Below are positions 1 to 9,404 of a stretch of 64,000 nt of DNA, one piece after another. The stretch lies in assembly GCA_963701965.1 (NCBI GenBank), contig OY969695.1, positions 2,016,001 to 2,080,000 on the forward strand. Direction: 5' to 3'. The position numbers and the translations under genes were made by a program. Below the pieces are notes generated by a model that ran no database searches, was not told the DNA's origin, and was given only the letters and a program-made list of their open reading frames with translations. This DNA comes from an uncultured Gemmatimonadales bacterium (lineage in GTDB: Bacteria > Gemmatimonadota > Gemmatimonadetes > Gemmatimonadales > Gemmatimonadaceae). Every line of letters begins with the position of its first letter. The stretch's first letter is position 1.

Positions 1-2
1 AG

Positions 3-689
3 CTGCACGATGCCTGCGTGCTGTCGCGCGAGGTGCTGCGCGATGCCGAGTCGTCGTCGCCCACCGATGTGGCGCGCCCGGGCATCGTCGCATTGGCCGC
101 CGCCCTGCGGGCCCGCGAGCTGGCCGCGTTCGCGGAGTTGCAGAGCGCATGGCTCGACGGCAGCGATCACGCGCGGCAGTTTCTGGACGCCCTGGGCTTG
201 TTGGCGGCGCACCTCGGCTCCCGCGCGACCGCCGACCGCGAGATCGAGCGCAAGTACCTCCTGCACGCGTTGCCGGATCGCGTGCACGACGCGCCGGTGC
301 GGCACATCGAGCAGGGGTACGTGCCGGGTACCCGGCTCGCCGAGCGCTTGCGGCGCGTCCACTGCGATGGCGACATCACGTGCTATCGCACGATGAAACT
401 GGGCACCGGCGCCAGTCGCACCGAGGTCGAGGAGGAAGCGGCGCCCGACGTGTTCGATGCCATGTGGCCGCTCACGGCCGGCCACCGCGTCCACAAACGC
501 CGCTACGCGATCACCGAGGGTGACCGGATCTGGGAGATCGACGAGTACACCGACCGGGAGCTCGTCGTCGCCGAGGTCGAGCTCCCCGACGTCGACACGC
601 CCGTCGCCCCACCGGAGTGGTTGGCGCCCTATGTCGTGCGCGAGGTGACCGGCGACCCCGCGTACCTCAACATCAACCTGGCGGGCTGA
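3..689 (+). CDS. CYTH-domain (triphosphate tunnel) protein, probably a CHAD-CYTH fusion; 5' end outside the window
   Basis: Has REIERKYLL (ExExK), WEIDEY and VAEVEL motifs. The frame is open from the window start with LHDA, resembling the CHAD C-terminal LGxLHD motif. Confidence 0.85.
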   Translation: MHDACVLSREVLRDAESSSPTDVARPGIVALAAALRARELAAFAELQSAWLDGSDHARQFLDALGLLAAHLGSRATADREIERKYLLHALPDRVHDAPVRHIEQGYVPGTRLAERLRRVHCDGDITCYRTMKLGTGASRTEVEEEAAPDVFDAMWPLTAGHRVHKRRYAITEGDRIWEIDEYTDRELVVAEVELPDVDTPVAPPEWLAPYVVREVTGDPAYLNINLAG

Positions 690-1469
690 TCGCGCCCCTC
701 ATCGCCGCGATCGTCCTGCTCGCGATCGCCCTCACGATCACCACCCGCAAGTGGTGGCGGGAAATGCATCGGCGCCGGGCGCAGGGATACGGGCGACCGT
801 GGCGCATCGCGCGCGTGCCGCTGGAGCGGCTGGACCCGGTGTTCGCGCGGGACCCGCAGTTGGGCTACTCGCTGGACACCGAAGTGGCCTTCGTCTCCCG
901 CATCGGCACCCGAGATGCTCGGCGCGACGACGGACTACGAAGCCTGGATTCTCTCGGTGCTGGCGCGGCGGGCCACGACGATGTTCGAGTTTGGCACCTG
1001 CACCGGTCGCACGGCGTACCTGTGGGCGCGGAACGCGCCGGCCGAGGCCACGGTGCACACGCTGACGCTCGCTCCCGACGGCGTGGACGCCTATCGCGCC
1101 GCGCCGGGCGACGCGGCCGAGGACGAACGCGAGGCGCGCATCGAATCCGTCTTCCAGCATTTCGTGTACAGCGGCACGACGGTGGCGCCCAAGATCCGGC
1201 AACTCTATGGCGACAGCAAGGCGTTCGACGAGACGCCGTACGTGGGCCGGTGCGATCTCGTCTTCGTCGACGGATCGCACGCCTACTCGTACGTCGTGAG
1301 CGATTCCGAGAAAGCGCTGCGCATGGTCAAACCCGGCGGCATCGTGTTGTGGCACGACTATGTGGGCGGGCCGGACGCGCCGGGCACCTATCGCGCGCTC
1401 AACGAGATCGCTGATCGGTTACCATTGGTGCATCTTGCGGGCACCACGCTCGTGGCCTACCGTAAATAG
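686..1469 (+). CDS. Class I SAM-dependent methyltransferase (Methyltransf_24-like) with N-terminal membrane anchor; apparent frameshift near 905
   Basis: ORF 915-1469 has FEFGTCTG, VFVDGSHAY and GGIVLWHDY. A hydrophobic N-terminus (LIAPLIAAIVLLAIAL) starts at about 686 in another frame. Confidence 0.75.
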
Positions 1470-1490
1470 CCTGCACCTTCGGAGCACGAC

Positions 1491-1925
1491 ATGCACTCGT
1501 GTGGCATTCTCGTCGCCACCGGCGTCGCCCTGTGTAGCGTCGCCTGTTCGGACGCCACGAGCGTCGCCAATCCCACCCCACAGACCATTGCGCTCTCCGG
1601 CACCTGGACGGTGTCGGACAACACATCCCATGAGATGAAGCTGACGTTGGTCGAGGGAGGCGCCGTCACGGGAGGCGACACCGTCACGGGCACAGCCACG
1701 AGTGACACGTCGTCCCTTGGCATTCAGGGCGTCTACCTCAAGAACGACACGTGCCAGAGTGTCTGTGCCCAGATCGGGCTGTTGCTCACGAATGGGGGAG
1801 CCGACTCGGTGATCGTCCGCGCCGGTCCCGAGGACAACAACCATTTATCCGCGGACGTCACGCCGTCAGCGAGCGCGACGCAGTTCGCGCGGTGGACCGG
1901 AACCCAGATCTTTACCCGCCAATGA
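1491..1925 (+). CDS. Hypothetical lipoprotein
   Basis: GGAG RBS, signal peptide with lipobox-like SVAC, and a beta-rich mature part. Confidence 0.65.
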   Translation: MHSCGILVATGVALCSVACSDATSVANPTPQTIALSGTWTVSDNTSHEMKLTLVEGGAVTGGDTVTGTATSDTSSLGIQGVYLKNDTCQSVCAQIGLLLTNGGADSVIVRAGPEDNNHLSADVTPSASATQFARWTGTQIFTRQ

Positions 1926-2479
1926 CCCGAACCGCATCGACCATGGTCGCGCTGGGCGCGGCCGCTCCCGACTTCGCGTTGCCCGACGTCGTGACCCACC
2001 GCGTGATCACGCGCGATGAGTTCGCCGCCAGCACCGCATTACTCGTGATGTTCATCTGCAACCACTGCCCGTTCGTCGTGCACGTCGAGGACGAGCTGGC
2101 CCGCATCGGGCGCGAGTACGGCGGGCGAGGCGTGGGCATCGTCGCCATCTCCGCCAACGACACGATCACCCAGCCCGAGGACGCGCCGGACAAGCTCGCG
2201 GGGCAAGCGCGTCGCGCGGGGTTCACGTTTCCGTATCTCTACGACGAGTCGCAGCGCGTGGCGCGCGCCTACGACGCCGCATGCACGCCCGATCTCTTCC
2301 TGTTCGGCCCCGCCCGCACCCTCGTCTATCGCGGCCAGTTGGACGACAGCCGACCCAACAACGGACGCCCGGTGACAGGAATGGATCTCCGCGCCGCACT
2401 GGACGCCGTGCTCGCCGGCAAGCCGGGGCCCGCGGAACAGCGGCCGAGCGTGGGATGCAACATCAAGTGGAAGGCTTGA
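1922..2479 (+). CDS. Thioredoxin-family (AhpC/TSA-like) protein
   Basis: Motifs APDFALPD, FICNHCPFV, ACTPDLF, YRGQLDDSRP and SVGCNIKW. ATGA overlap with the upstream stop. Confidence 0.92.
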   Translation: MTRTASTMVALGAAAPDFALPDVVTHRVITRDEFAASTALLVMFICNHCPFVVHVEDELARIGREYGGRGVGIVAISANDTITQPEDAPDKLAGQARRAGFTFPYLYDESQRVARAYDAACTPDLFLFGPARTLVYRGQLDDSRPNNGRPVTGMDLRAALDAVLAGKPGPAEQRPSVGCNIKWKA

Positions 2480-3062
2480 CGGATCGGCGCTGAATTTTGA
2501 TCACGAGGAATATGCCGAGTAGCACGGCGCCGGCGGCGACCAGCCCGCCCCGGCCCAGGAGGTGGTGCAGCCGCGGCAGGTTGTAGCCGAACGAGTAGGC
2601 GAGCAGCGCGATCGCAATGGACCAGCACAAGCCGCCCAGCGCGTTGTAGATCGAGAACGTCGCAAACGGCATGCGGACGACACCGGCCAGCACCCCGGCG
2701 ACGATCCGGAGGATGGCCACGAAGCGCGCCAGGAACACCGTCTTGGCGCCATGCCGCGCATAGAACGCGCGGCCCCGCTCGATCTGGGCCTCGTCGAGAC
2801 CGATGTAACGTCCGACGCGGTGCACGAACGGGAGGCCGCCCGCGCGTCCGATCCAGTATCCGCCCGATCCGCCGGCGATCGTCCCAATGGTCGACGCGGC
2901 GATGACGCCCGCGAGCGAGAGTCGCCCCTGCGCGGCGAACGCCGCGGCCGTGATCAGCGCGGTCTCACCCGGGAGGGGCAATCCCAGGTTTTCGGCGCAC
3001 ACCAGGAGCGCGACGACGCCGTAGCCATACTGGCCGATGAGCTGCCCGATCGACCCCCACAC
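2463..3062 (-). CDS. DedA family membrane protein
   Basis: Motifs ENLGLPLPGE, GYWIGR, VFLARFVAILR and YNALGG. Confidence 0.92.
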   Translation of the reverse strand: MWGSIGQLIGQYGYGVVALLVCAENLGLPLPGETALITAAAFAAQGRLSLAGVIAASTIGTIAGGSGGYWIGRAGGLPFVHRVGRYIGLDEAQIERGRAFYARHGAKTVFLARFVAILRIVAGVLAGVVRMPFATFSIYNALGGLCWSIAIALLAYSFGYNLPRLHHLLGRGGLVAAGAVLLGIFLVIKIQRRSVKPST

Positions 3063-3102
3063 TTATTGGCACGGACGCATGACGGGGAATAATACTTCCC
3101 AC

Positions 3103-3504
3103 ATGCGAATGCTGGCGATGCTGGTCCTGAGCGTGACGGTATACAAGAGCGCCACCTGCGGGTGCTGCGCCAAGTGGGTCGAGCGGATGCGGGCCGCGGG
3201 CTTTACCGTCGACACCGTGAACGTCGCCAGCCAGGGCGCGCTCGACGTGATCAAGCGCGACCACGGCATCACGGCGCGGCTCGCGTCCTGCCACACGGCC
3301 GTCGTCGGCGGGTACGTCGTCGAGGGGCACGTCCCGCCGGAGGACATTCAGCGCCTGGTCCGCGAGCACCCCGCGGGGATCGCGGGTCTCGCCGTCCCCG
3401 GTATGCCAAGCAGCGCGCCCGGTATGGACGCGCCGACGGGGGAGCACTACGACGTGCTGGCGCTGCAGAAAGACGGCAGCACCAGCGTTTACGATCACCG
3501 GTAA
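3103..3504 (+). CDS. DUF411 (CopG-like) secreted metal-binding protein
   Basis: Motifs YKSATCGCC, SCHTA, VEGHVP and LAVPGMP. Confidence 0.9.
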   Translation: MRMLAMLVLSVTVYKSATCGCCAKWVERMRAAGFTVDTVNVASQGALDVIKRDHGITARLASCHTAVVGGYVVEGHVPPEDIQRLVREHPAGIAGLAVPGMPSSAPGMDAPTGEHYDVLALQKDGSTSVYDHR

Positions 3505-6243
3505 CTATTCGGCGCGAATCGCCACCAGCGGCGCCACCCGCGACGCGCGCAGCGCCGGGAGATACCCGGCCAACGCCGCGCTCGCGGCGAGCACCACCGT
3601 AGCCAGTCCGATCGACGGTGGATCGAACAGTCCGATCCCGAAGAGTTGTCCTTTCACGAGTCGCGCACCGGCGATGGCGACCGGGATACCGACCGCCATC
3701 CCGATCCCCGTGAGCAGGATGGCCTCCCGTAGGACCATACGCGTGACGGCCCCGGGTGCGGCGCCAAGGGCCATGCGGAGGCCGAACTCGCCGGTGCGCC
3801 GGGCGGTGCTGTACGCCATGACGCCGTAGAGGCCGAGCGCCGCCAACACCAGCGCCAGGATGCCGAAGAACGACACCATCGTGGCCACGAGCCGATCCTG
3901 GCTGATCGAGTCGCGAATGAGATCCGTCAGGGGCTCGACATCGAGCACGATGAGCGAGGGACCGGCGGCGGCCAAAGCGCGCCGAACCGCTATCGCGAGG
4001 CGCGCCGGATCACCGGTCGTCCGGATCTCCAGATTCACGCCCGCCGGGGAGTTCGGCATCTGGAGGACGGGCATGTACAAGCGCCGCACTGGCGGCTCCC
4101 GCACGCCGTTCTCCTGAATGTCTCCCACGATGCCCACGATCTCCGGCTTCGACGCGCTGTCCAGCTGCACATGGTGGCCGATCGCGTCGCCGTTGGGGAA
4201 GAAGAATCGGGCCATCGTCTGATTGAAGACCACGACTTTGGCCCCGGTCTCGTTGTCCCGCGGCTCGATGTCCCGACCCTGCAGGATGTGGGCGCCGATC
4301 GATCGGAAGTAGTGCGGCCCGACGACGTCGGATGCCACCAGCGTATCGCTGTCGGCGTGCGCCACGTACCCCTCGACCTGCATCGTCGAACCCGACTCGG
4401 TGCCGCTGAAGATGCCGTTCTCCGAAGCCGTCACGGCGGCCACGCCCGGCACTTGCTGGACGCGGGCAATGAGATCGCGCAGCAGCGCGTTGAACTTCGG
4501 CCCCTCGTAGCCGCTGCGTCCCGCGTCGATGCGCGCGATCAAGAGACCATCGCGCGCCACGCCCACGTCGGCGTTCGCCAACCGTATCGTGCTGCGGACG
4601 AGCATGCCCGCGCCCACCAGCAAGAGCATTGAAAGCGCGACTTGGACCACCACCAGCCACCGGCCCATCGGCATGCGCCCCTGCGCGATGCCCCGGCCTC
4701 CGGACCGGATCGTGTTCGCCACGTCCTGTCGGGTGGCCCGGAGCGCCGGCACCAGTCCGAACAACACGGCGGTCAGGAGCGACACGCCGGCCGTGAATCC
4801 CAGCACGCGGCCATCAAGGTGGAGCGCCAGCGGAATCGGTTGGTTCGTGCTGGCGAGTCGCAGCAACACCGTACTGCCGGCCATCGCAAGGATGAGGGAC
4901 AGCCCGGCCCCGATCGCCGCCAGCACCACGCTCTCAGTCAGCAGCTGCTGCACCAGCCGCGCCCGCCCCGCGCCCAGCGCGATGCGGACGCCGATCTCGC
5001 GACCGCGCGCCGCGGCGCGCGCCAGCAACAGGTTGGCGACATTCGCGCAGGCGATGAGCAGGACCAATCCTACGACTCCCATGAGCGTCACGAGGGGCGC
5101 CGCGTAGACTCCGCGATAGTACGAGAACCCCATGGCGCCGGCCACGATCATGGCAGGGCGCGTTCGGATCTCCCGCTGCACGCTCTGGACGTTGGCCGCG
5201 GTCGCGTGGTCGAGTAGCGAGCGGTGCACGAGCGCCGCGGTCTCGAGCTTGGCCTGTGCCAGTGTCACGCCGGACCGGAGCCGGCCCATGAAGAGCAGCC
5301 AGTTGGTCGTGCGGTCGTCGAGCCACGGGCTGTGCGGCTCGAGCGTGGGCTCCATCGTGACGGGTATCCAGAAGTCCGGGGCCTGGCCCACCACGTCACC
5401 GAAGAACCCGCGCGGCGCGACGCCGATGATCGTCAGCGGCACGCCGTTTACGACGATGACGCGACCGAGCGCACTGCCGTCGCCGGCAAACCGGCGCTGC
5501 CAGTACGCATAGCTGATCACAACGACCGGGCTCGCGCCCGGCACCTGATCCTCGTCGGACGCGAACGTGCGACCCGCCGCCGTCCCAACGCCCAGCACCG
5601 AGAAGAAATTCCCGGAGACGTAGCGGCCGTGCGGATGCTCGGCCTCATCGCGCGACGGCGCCCCTGCCGCACCGGCCGTGGCGACGACGACATCGAGCCG
5701 CTCGCTCCGGCCCGTAGCGTAGATGCCGGCAAAGACGTGGTTCTGGTCGCGCACGTCCTTGTATACCGGGTAAGACTCGATCGTGGTCGACGGCGCGCCC
5801 TGTGATAAGCCGCCCGTCCGTTTGGGATCGCCGACCGTGACCAGTTGCTCGGGGTGCGGCACCGGGAGCGGTCGCAGCATGAGGGCATCAATCAACGTGA
5901 ACGTCGCCGTGTTGGCGCCGATCCCCAGGGTGAGGATTAGCAGCACGACAGCGGCGAACAGCTTGTTGTGCAGCAGGGTGCGGACGCCATAGTGCACGTC
6001 CTGCCGGAGATGCAAGAAAAAGTCGGCCTGTCGCATGGCGCGGTCCCGGTCATAGTCGATGGCGAGGCACGCGCCGCGGATCGCGGACAGGTCGCCGAAG
6101 CGCTCCAACGCGGCCGCCCGCGCGAGCGTAGGATCCTCGCCGCGCGAGACCAACGCCCGCTCGCGCTCGCCGAGGTGAAACGCGATCTCCTCGTCCACAT
6201 CGCGCTCGACGCGTCGCGGCCCGCGGTCGAGGCGGAACGTCAC
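3505..6243 (-). CDS. ABC transporter permease, duplicated MacB/FtsX (ADOP-type)
   Basis: Motifs EEIAFHL, QDVHYGVR, LGIGANTA, ACANVANLLLAR, REIGVRIALGA and GLYGVMAY. The GTG start overlaps the PadR stop. Confidence 0.92.
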   Translation of the reverse strand: MTFRLDRGPRRVERDVDEEIAFHLGERERALVSRGEDPTLARAAALERFGDLSAIRGACLAIDYDRDRAMRQADFFLHLRQDVHYGVRTLLHNKLFAAVVLLILTLGIGANTATFTLIDALMLRPLPVPHPEQLVTVGDPKRTGGLSQGAPSTTIESYPVYKDVRDQNHVFAGIYATGRSERLDVVVATAGAAGAPSRDEAEHPHGRYVSGNFFSVLGVGTAAGRTFASDEDQVPGASPVVVISYAYWQRRFAGDGSALGRVIVVNGVPLTIIGVAPRGFFGDVVGQAPDFWIPVTMEPTLEPHSPWLDDRTTNWLLFMGRLRSGVTLAQAKLETAALVHRSLLDHATAANVQSVQREIRTRPAMIVAGAMGFSYYRGVYAAPLVTLMGVVGLVLLIACANVANLLLARAAARGREIGVRIALGAGRARLVQQLLTESVVLAAIGAGLSLILAMAGSTVLLRLASTNQPIPLALHLDGRVLGFTAGVSLLTAVLFGLVPALRATRQDVANTIRSGGRGIAQGRMPMGRWLVVVQVALSMLLLVGAGMLVRSTIRLANADVGVARDGLLIARIDAGRSGYEGPKFNALLRDLIARVQQVPGVAAVTASENGIFSGTESGSTMQVEGYVAHADSDTLVASDVVGPHYFRSIGAHILQGRDIEPRDNETGAKVVVFNQTMARFFFPNGDAIGHHVQLDSASKPEIVGIVGDIQENGVREPPVRRLYMPVLQMPNSPAGVNLEIRTTGDPARLAIAVRRALAAAGPSLIVLDVEPLTDLIRDSISQDRLVATMVSFFGILALVLAALGLYGVMAYSTARRTGEFGLRMALGAAPGAVTRMVLREAILLTGIGMAVGIPVAIAGARLVKGQLFGIGLFDPPSIGLATVVLAASAALAGYLPALRASRVAPLVAIRAE

Positions 6244-6602
6244 GCCGGCACCGGCACCGTGGCGCGGAGGGCGCGACTCGCGGCCTCCACGAACTCGTGC
6301 CACGAGGAGCTCCCGGTGGTGAGACGCCGGCGGCCGGTCGCGCTCAGTCGATAGAACTTGGCGCGCCGGTTGTTGGTCGAGACGCCCCACTCGGCCTCGA
6401 CGAACCCCTGCTTCTCGAGCCAATGCAGCGCCGGATAGAGCGTGCCCTCCCCCACCAGCAAGGCGGCGCCCGTCGCCTGGTCGATCCATTCGGCGACGCT
6501 GTATCCGTGCCGCGGCCCCCAGCTCAGCGCTTTCAGAATGAGCAGGTCCAGCGTCCCTCGGGTGAGGCTGACGCTCAGGTCATCAGTGGCCCACGAGTCC
6601 AT
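6240..6602 (-). CDS. PadR family transcriptional regulator
   Basis: Motifs GTLDLLILKAL, HGYSV, EGTLYPAL and NNRRAKFY. PadR is the typical partner of ADOP permeases. Confidence 0.92.
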   Translation of the reverse strand: MDSWATDDLSVSLTRGTLDLLILKALSWGPRHGYSVAEWIDQATGAALLVGEGTLYPALHWLEKQGFVEAEWGVSTNNRRAKFYRLSATGRRRLTTGSSSWHEFVEAASRALRATVPVPA

Positions 6603-6620
6603 GGCCCACGATACGCACAG

Positions 6621-6640
6621 CCCCATCGCCTTGCAAGGGG
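6621..6640. promoter_or_regulatory. Imperfect inverted repeat upstream of padR, possible autoregulatory operator
   Basis: CCCCATCGCCTTGCAAGGGG lies about 20 bp upstream of the start codon. Confidence 0.35.
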
Positions 6641-6655
6641 AAGGCCCGGCCGCGA

Positions 6656-7180
6656 TCAGCCAGTGAACACCGCCGTCTCCCCGCACGCCGGTCGCGCGGT
6701 CGCCCGCGTGTCGGCGTGGCTTTGGCGGACGACAACCCCACGCTCGTCGTACTGAAGACGGAACGCGTGCGCATCAATGATCGACCGCGTATCGGCGGTG
6801 CGGTAGCCGACGGCCAGGTCGCCAACCACGTGCGGCACGCCGCCGGGCGGGACGGTCAGGCGCTCGACCGTCGTGAACTGCCGGTCGAACGCGTCGCCGT
6901 GTTCCGTCTGGCCGGGGCTGTTCACGTACATCCGCGTCGGGTCGAAAGCGAACTCATCGGCGGCCAGGATCGAATCAATGCGGGCGACGAGAAAGAGGAG
7001 ACCGGGTCCCGACTCCCCCCGATCGTACGGCAATGTGGTGGCGAAGGCCGAGCACATGCCGAGGGGGGTGTAGAAGATGGCGACGCGCGCCGGCTCCGGC
7101 GCCAAATCCGGCCGCGATCCCGCCGCCCCGCAACCCACGGTCAAAGCGACGACAAGCAGGATCCACCGCGAAGCGTTCAC
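6656..7180 (-). CDS. Hypothetical lipoprotein
   Basis: Signal peptide ending in lipobox-like TVGC; fills the gap between genes. Confidence 0.55.
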   Translation of the reverse strand: MNASRWILLVVALTVGCGAAGSRPDLAPEPARVAIFYTPLGMCSAFATTLPYDRGESGPGLLFLVARIDSILAADEFAFDPTRMYVNSPGQTEHGDAFDRQFTTVERLTVPPGGVPHVVGDLAVGYRTADTRSIIDAHAFRLQYDERGVVVRQSHADTRATARPACGETAVFTG

Positions 7181-7253
7181 ATGGACACGGTGACCCCATC
7201 CCGCGCGTCACAGAAGTGTCGCAGGACGCAACTGTATGACACAGCGGGCGGAA

Positions 7254-7267
7254 TTATATTGATATAA
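7254..7267. promoter_or_regulatory. AT-rich palindrome directly before the ClC start; probable repressor site overlapping the -10 element
   Basis: TTATAT-TG-ATATAA in a GC-rich background. Confidence 0.5.
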
Positions 7268-9055
7268 ATGGAATCCGTACCGGTCGCCCCGTCGCTCGAA
7301 CCGACGCTGCGCGACATTCGCGCTCCGGCCCCAATGGCGCATAACCGCCACCTGCTCATGACGACATCCGGCCTGGCGGTCGTCGTCGGCGTCCTGGCGG
7401 CCCTCGCGGCGAACATCCTGCAGCGCCTCATCGGCCTGATCACCAACCTCGCGTTCTACGGGCGGTGGTCCACCGCGTTCTCCTCGCCCGCCCAAAATCA
7501 CCTCGGCCTCGCGGTCATCGTCGTCCCCGTGCTCGGCGCCATCGTCGTCGGCGTCATGGCGCGCTATGGCTCGTCGGCCATCCGCGGCCACGGCATCCCC
7601 GAGGCGATGGAGCAGGTGCTCCTCAACCAGAGCCGGATCCCGTACCGCATCACCTTTTTGAAACCGGTCTCGGCGGCGATCGCGATCGGGACCGGCGGCC
7701 CGTTCGGAGCCGAGGGACCGATCATCGCGACGGGCGGCGCCCTGGGCTCGCTGCTGGGACAGGTGCTGCGCACGTCGGCGGACGAGCGCAAAACGCTGCT
7801 GGCCGCGGGCGCCGCGGCGGGTATGGCCGCGACGTTCGGCACGCCGGTCTCGGCGGTCCTCCTGGCGATCGAGCTGCTGTTGTTCGAATACAGCCCGCGC
7901 TCCCTCATCCCGGTCTCTCTCGCGTCGATCACCGCGACCGCCATTCGCGCGGCGTTCTCCGGATGGACCCCGGTGTTCCCAATGGAAGCGGTGTTGCCGC
8001 CGCACGGCGCGGCGCTAGCGACGTACCTGCTGCTCGGTATCGTCATCGGGATCGCCGCCGTCGGCATCACGCGCGTGCTCTACGCCATCGAGGACCGCTT
8101 CGAGCATCTGCGCGTGCACTGGATGTGGTGGCCGGCGATCGGCGCCGTGGTGGTGGGCATCGTCGGCTGGATCGTGCCCGATACGCTGGGCGTCGGGTAC
8201 ACGAACATCGACCACATTCTGGCCGGCACAATCACGGGGAAGGCGCTTCTGGCCCTCGTCGTGTTCAAGCTGATCTCGTGGGAGATCGCGCTGGGGAGCG
8301 GGACGTCCGGCGGCACCCTGGCTCCGCTCATGACGATCGGCGGGGGACTCGGCGCCCTGGCGGGCGGATGGGTCGCGCTCCACATCCCGGCCCTCGGCGT
8401 CGATCCGCGCATGGCGGCACTGGTCAGCATGGCGGCGATCTTCGCCGGTGCTTCCCATGCGGTGCTGGCGTCGTCGATCTTCGCGTTCGAGGCCACGCGG
8501 CAGCCCAATGGCCTGTTGCCGGTCCTCGCGGGTTGCATGGCGGCGTACTTCGTCTCGCTCCGCCTCATGCCGGACTCCATCATGACGACGAAACTGGCAC
8601 GCCGCGGCACGCGCGTCCGCTCCGAGATGGTCGCCGACTATCTGGATCGCGTGCTGGTCCGCGACATCGCATCGGCCCGGCCGGTCACGATCCAGGCCTC
8701 GGATCCGATCGAGGAGGTCCGCGACTGGATCGTGTCGCGCGCGCCGGGCTCATCGCATCAGGGCTACCCGGTCGTCAATGCCAACGGCGACTTGATGGGC
8801 GTGATTACCCGCCGCGAGCTGCTCGAGCTGGAACTGGAAGTCACCGCCCGGGTGGGCGAAATCGTCCGCCGGGCGCCGGTCGTGATCTTCGACGACAACT
8901 CGGCGCGCGAAGCCGCGGACCACATGGTCCGCGAAGGGGTCGGCCGACTGCCCGTCGTCCGTCGCGACGCGCCGCGCCGCGTCGTCGGCATGCTCTCGCG
9001 GACGGATCTGGTCGCGGCCCACCGGCCTCGACTGGCAGCGCAGGACGCCGGCTAA
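7268..9055 (+). CDS. ClC chloride channel/transporter with C-terminal CBS pair
   Basis: Motifs GHGIPE, GGPFGAEGP and GTSGGTLAP, followed by CBS domains. Confidence 0.93.
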   Translation: MESVPVAPSLEPTLRDIRAPAPMAHNRHLLMTTSGLAVVVGVLAALAANILQRLIGLITNLAFYGRWSTAFSSPAQNHLGLAVIVVPVLGAIVVGVMARYGSSAIRGHGIPEAMEQVLLNQSRIPYRITFLKPVSAAIAIGTGGPFGAEGPIIATGGALGSLLGQVLRTSADERKTLLAAGAAAGMAATFGTPVSAVLLAIELLLFEYSPRSLIPVSLASITATAIRAAFSGWTPVFPMEAVLPPHGAALATYLLLGIVIGIAAVGITRVLYAIEDRFEHLRVHWMWWPAIGAVVVGIVGWIVPDTLGVGYTNIDHILAGTITGKALLALVVFKLISWEIALGSGTSGGTLAPLMTIGGGLGALAGGWVALHIPALGVDPRMAALVSMAAIFAGASHAVLASSIFAFEATRQPNGLLPVLAGCMAAYFVSLRLMPDSIMTTKLARRGTRVRSEMVADYLDRVLVRDIASARPVTIQASDPIEEVRDWIVSRAPGSSHQGYPVVNANGDLMGVITRRELLELELEVTARVGEIVRRAPVVIFDDNSAREAADHMVREGVGRLPVVRRDAPRRVVGMLSRTDLVAAHRPRLAAQDAG

Positions 9056-9062
9056 AACTCGG

Positions 9063-9404
9063 CTGGGCGAGGGACACCCGCTGCTCGGACGCCGGATGCC
9101 GGATCTCGACCTGGTCACCGCCAATGGCCCGCTGCGGGTCTTCAATCTGCTGCACCGTGCGCGGCCGGTGTTCATCAACTTCGGCGCGCCCGGCGGCTTC
9201 GACATCACACCCTGGGCGGATCGCGTGCCGCGCGTTGACGCGACCTACGCGGGCACCTGGGAGCTTCCGGCGATCGGAGCGGTCACGGCTCCGACCGCCG
9301 TCCTCGTTCGGCCGGATGGATATGTGGCCTGGGTGGGAGACGATACCCAGGTGGGACTCGCTGACGCGCTCACCACGTGGTTCGGATCCCCTATCGCGGC
9401 GTAA
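9063..9404 (+). pseudogene. C-terminal fragment of an FAD-dependent aromatic monooxygenase (Rox/PheA-like)
   Basis: LGEGHPLLGRRMPDLDL...AVLVRPDGYVAW...LTTWFG. There is no room upstream for the FAD-binding domain. Confidence 0.75.

Noticed and set aside
7181..7267. Fluoride riboswitch upstream of the ClC gene
   Set aside because: No GGCGATGG..TCGCC-type core is visible here or before the second ClC.
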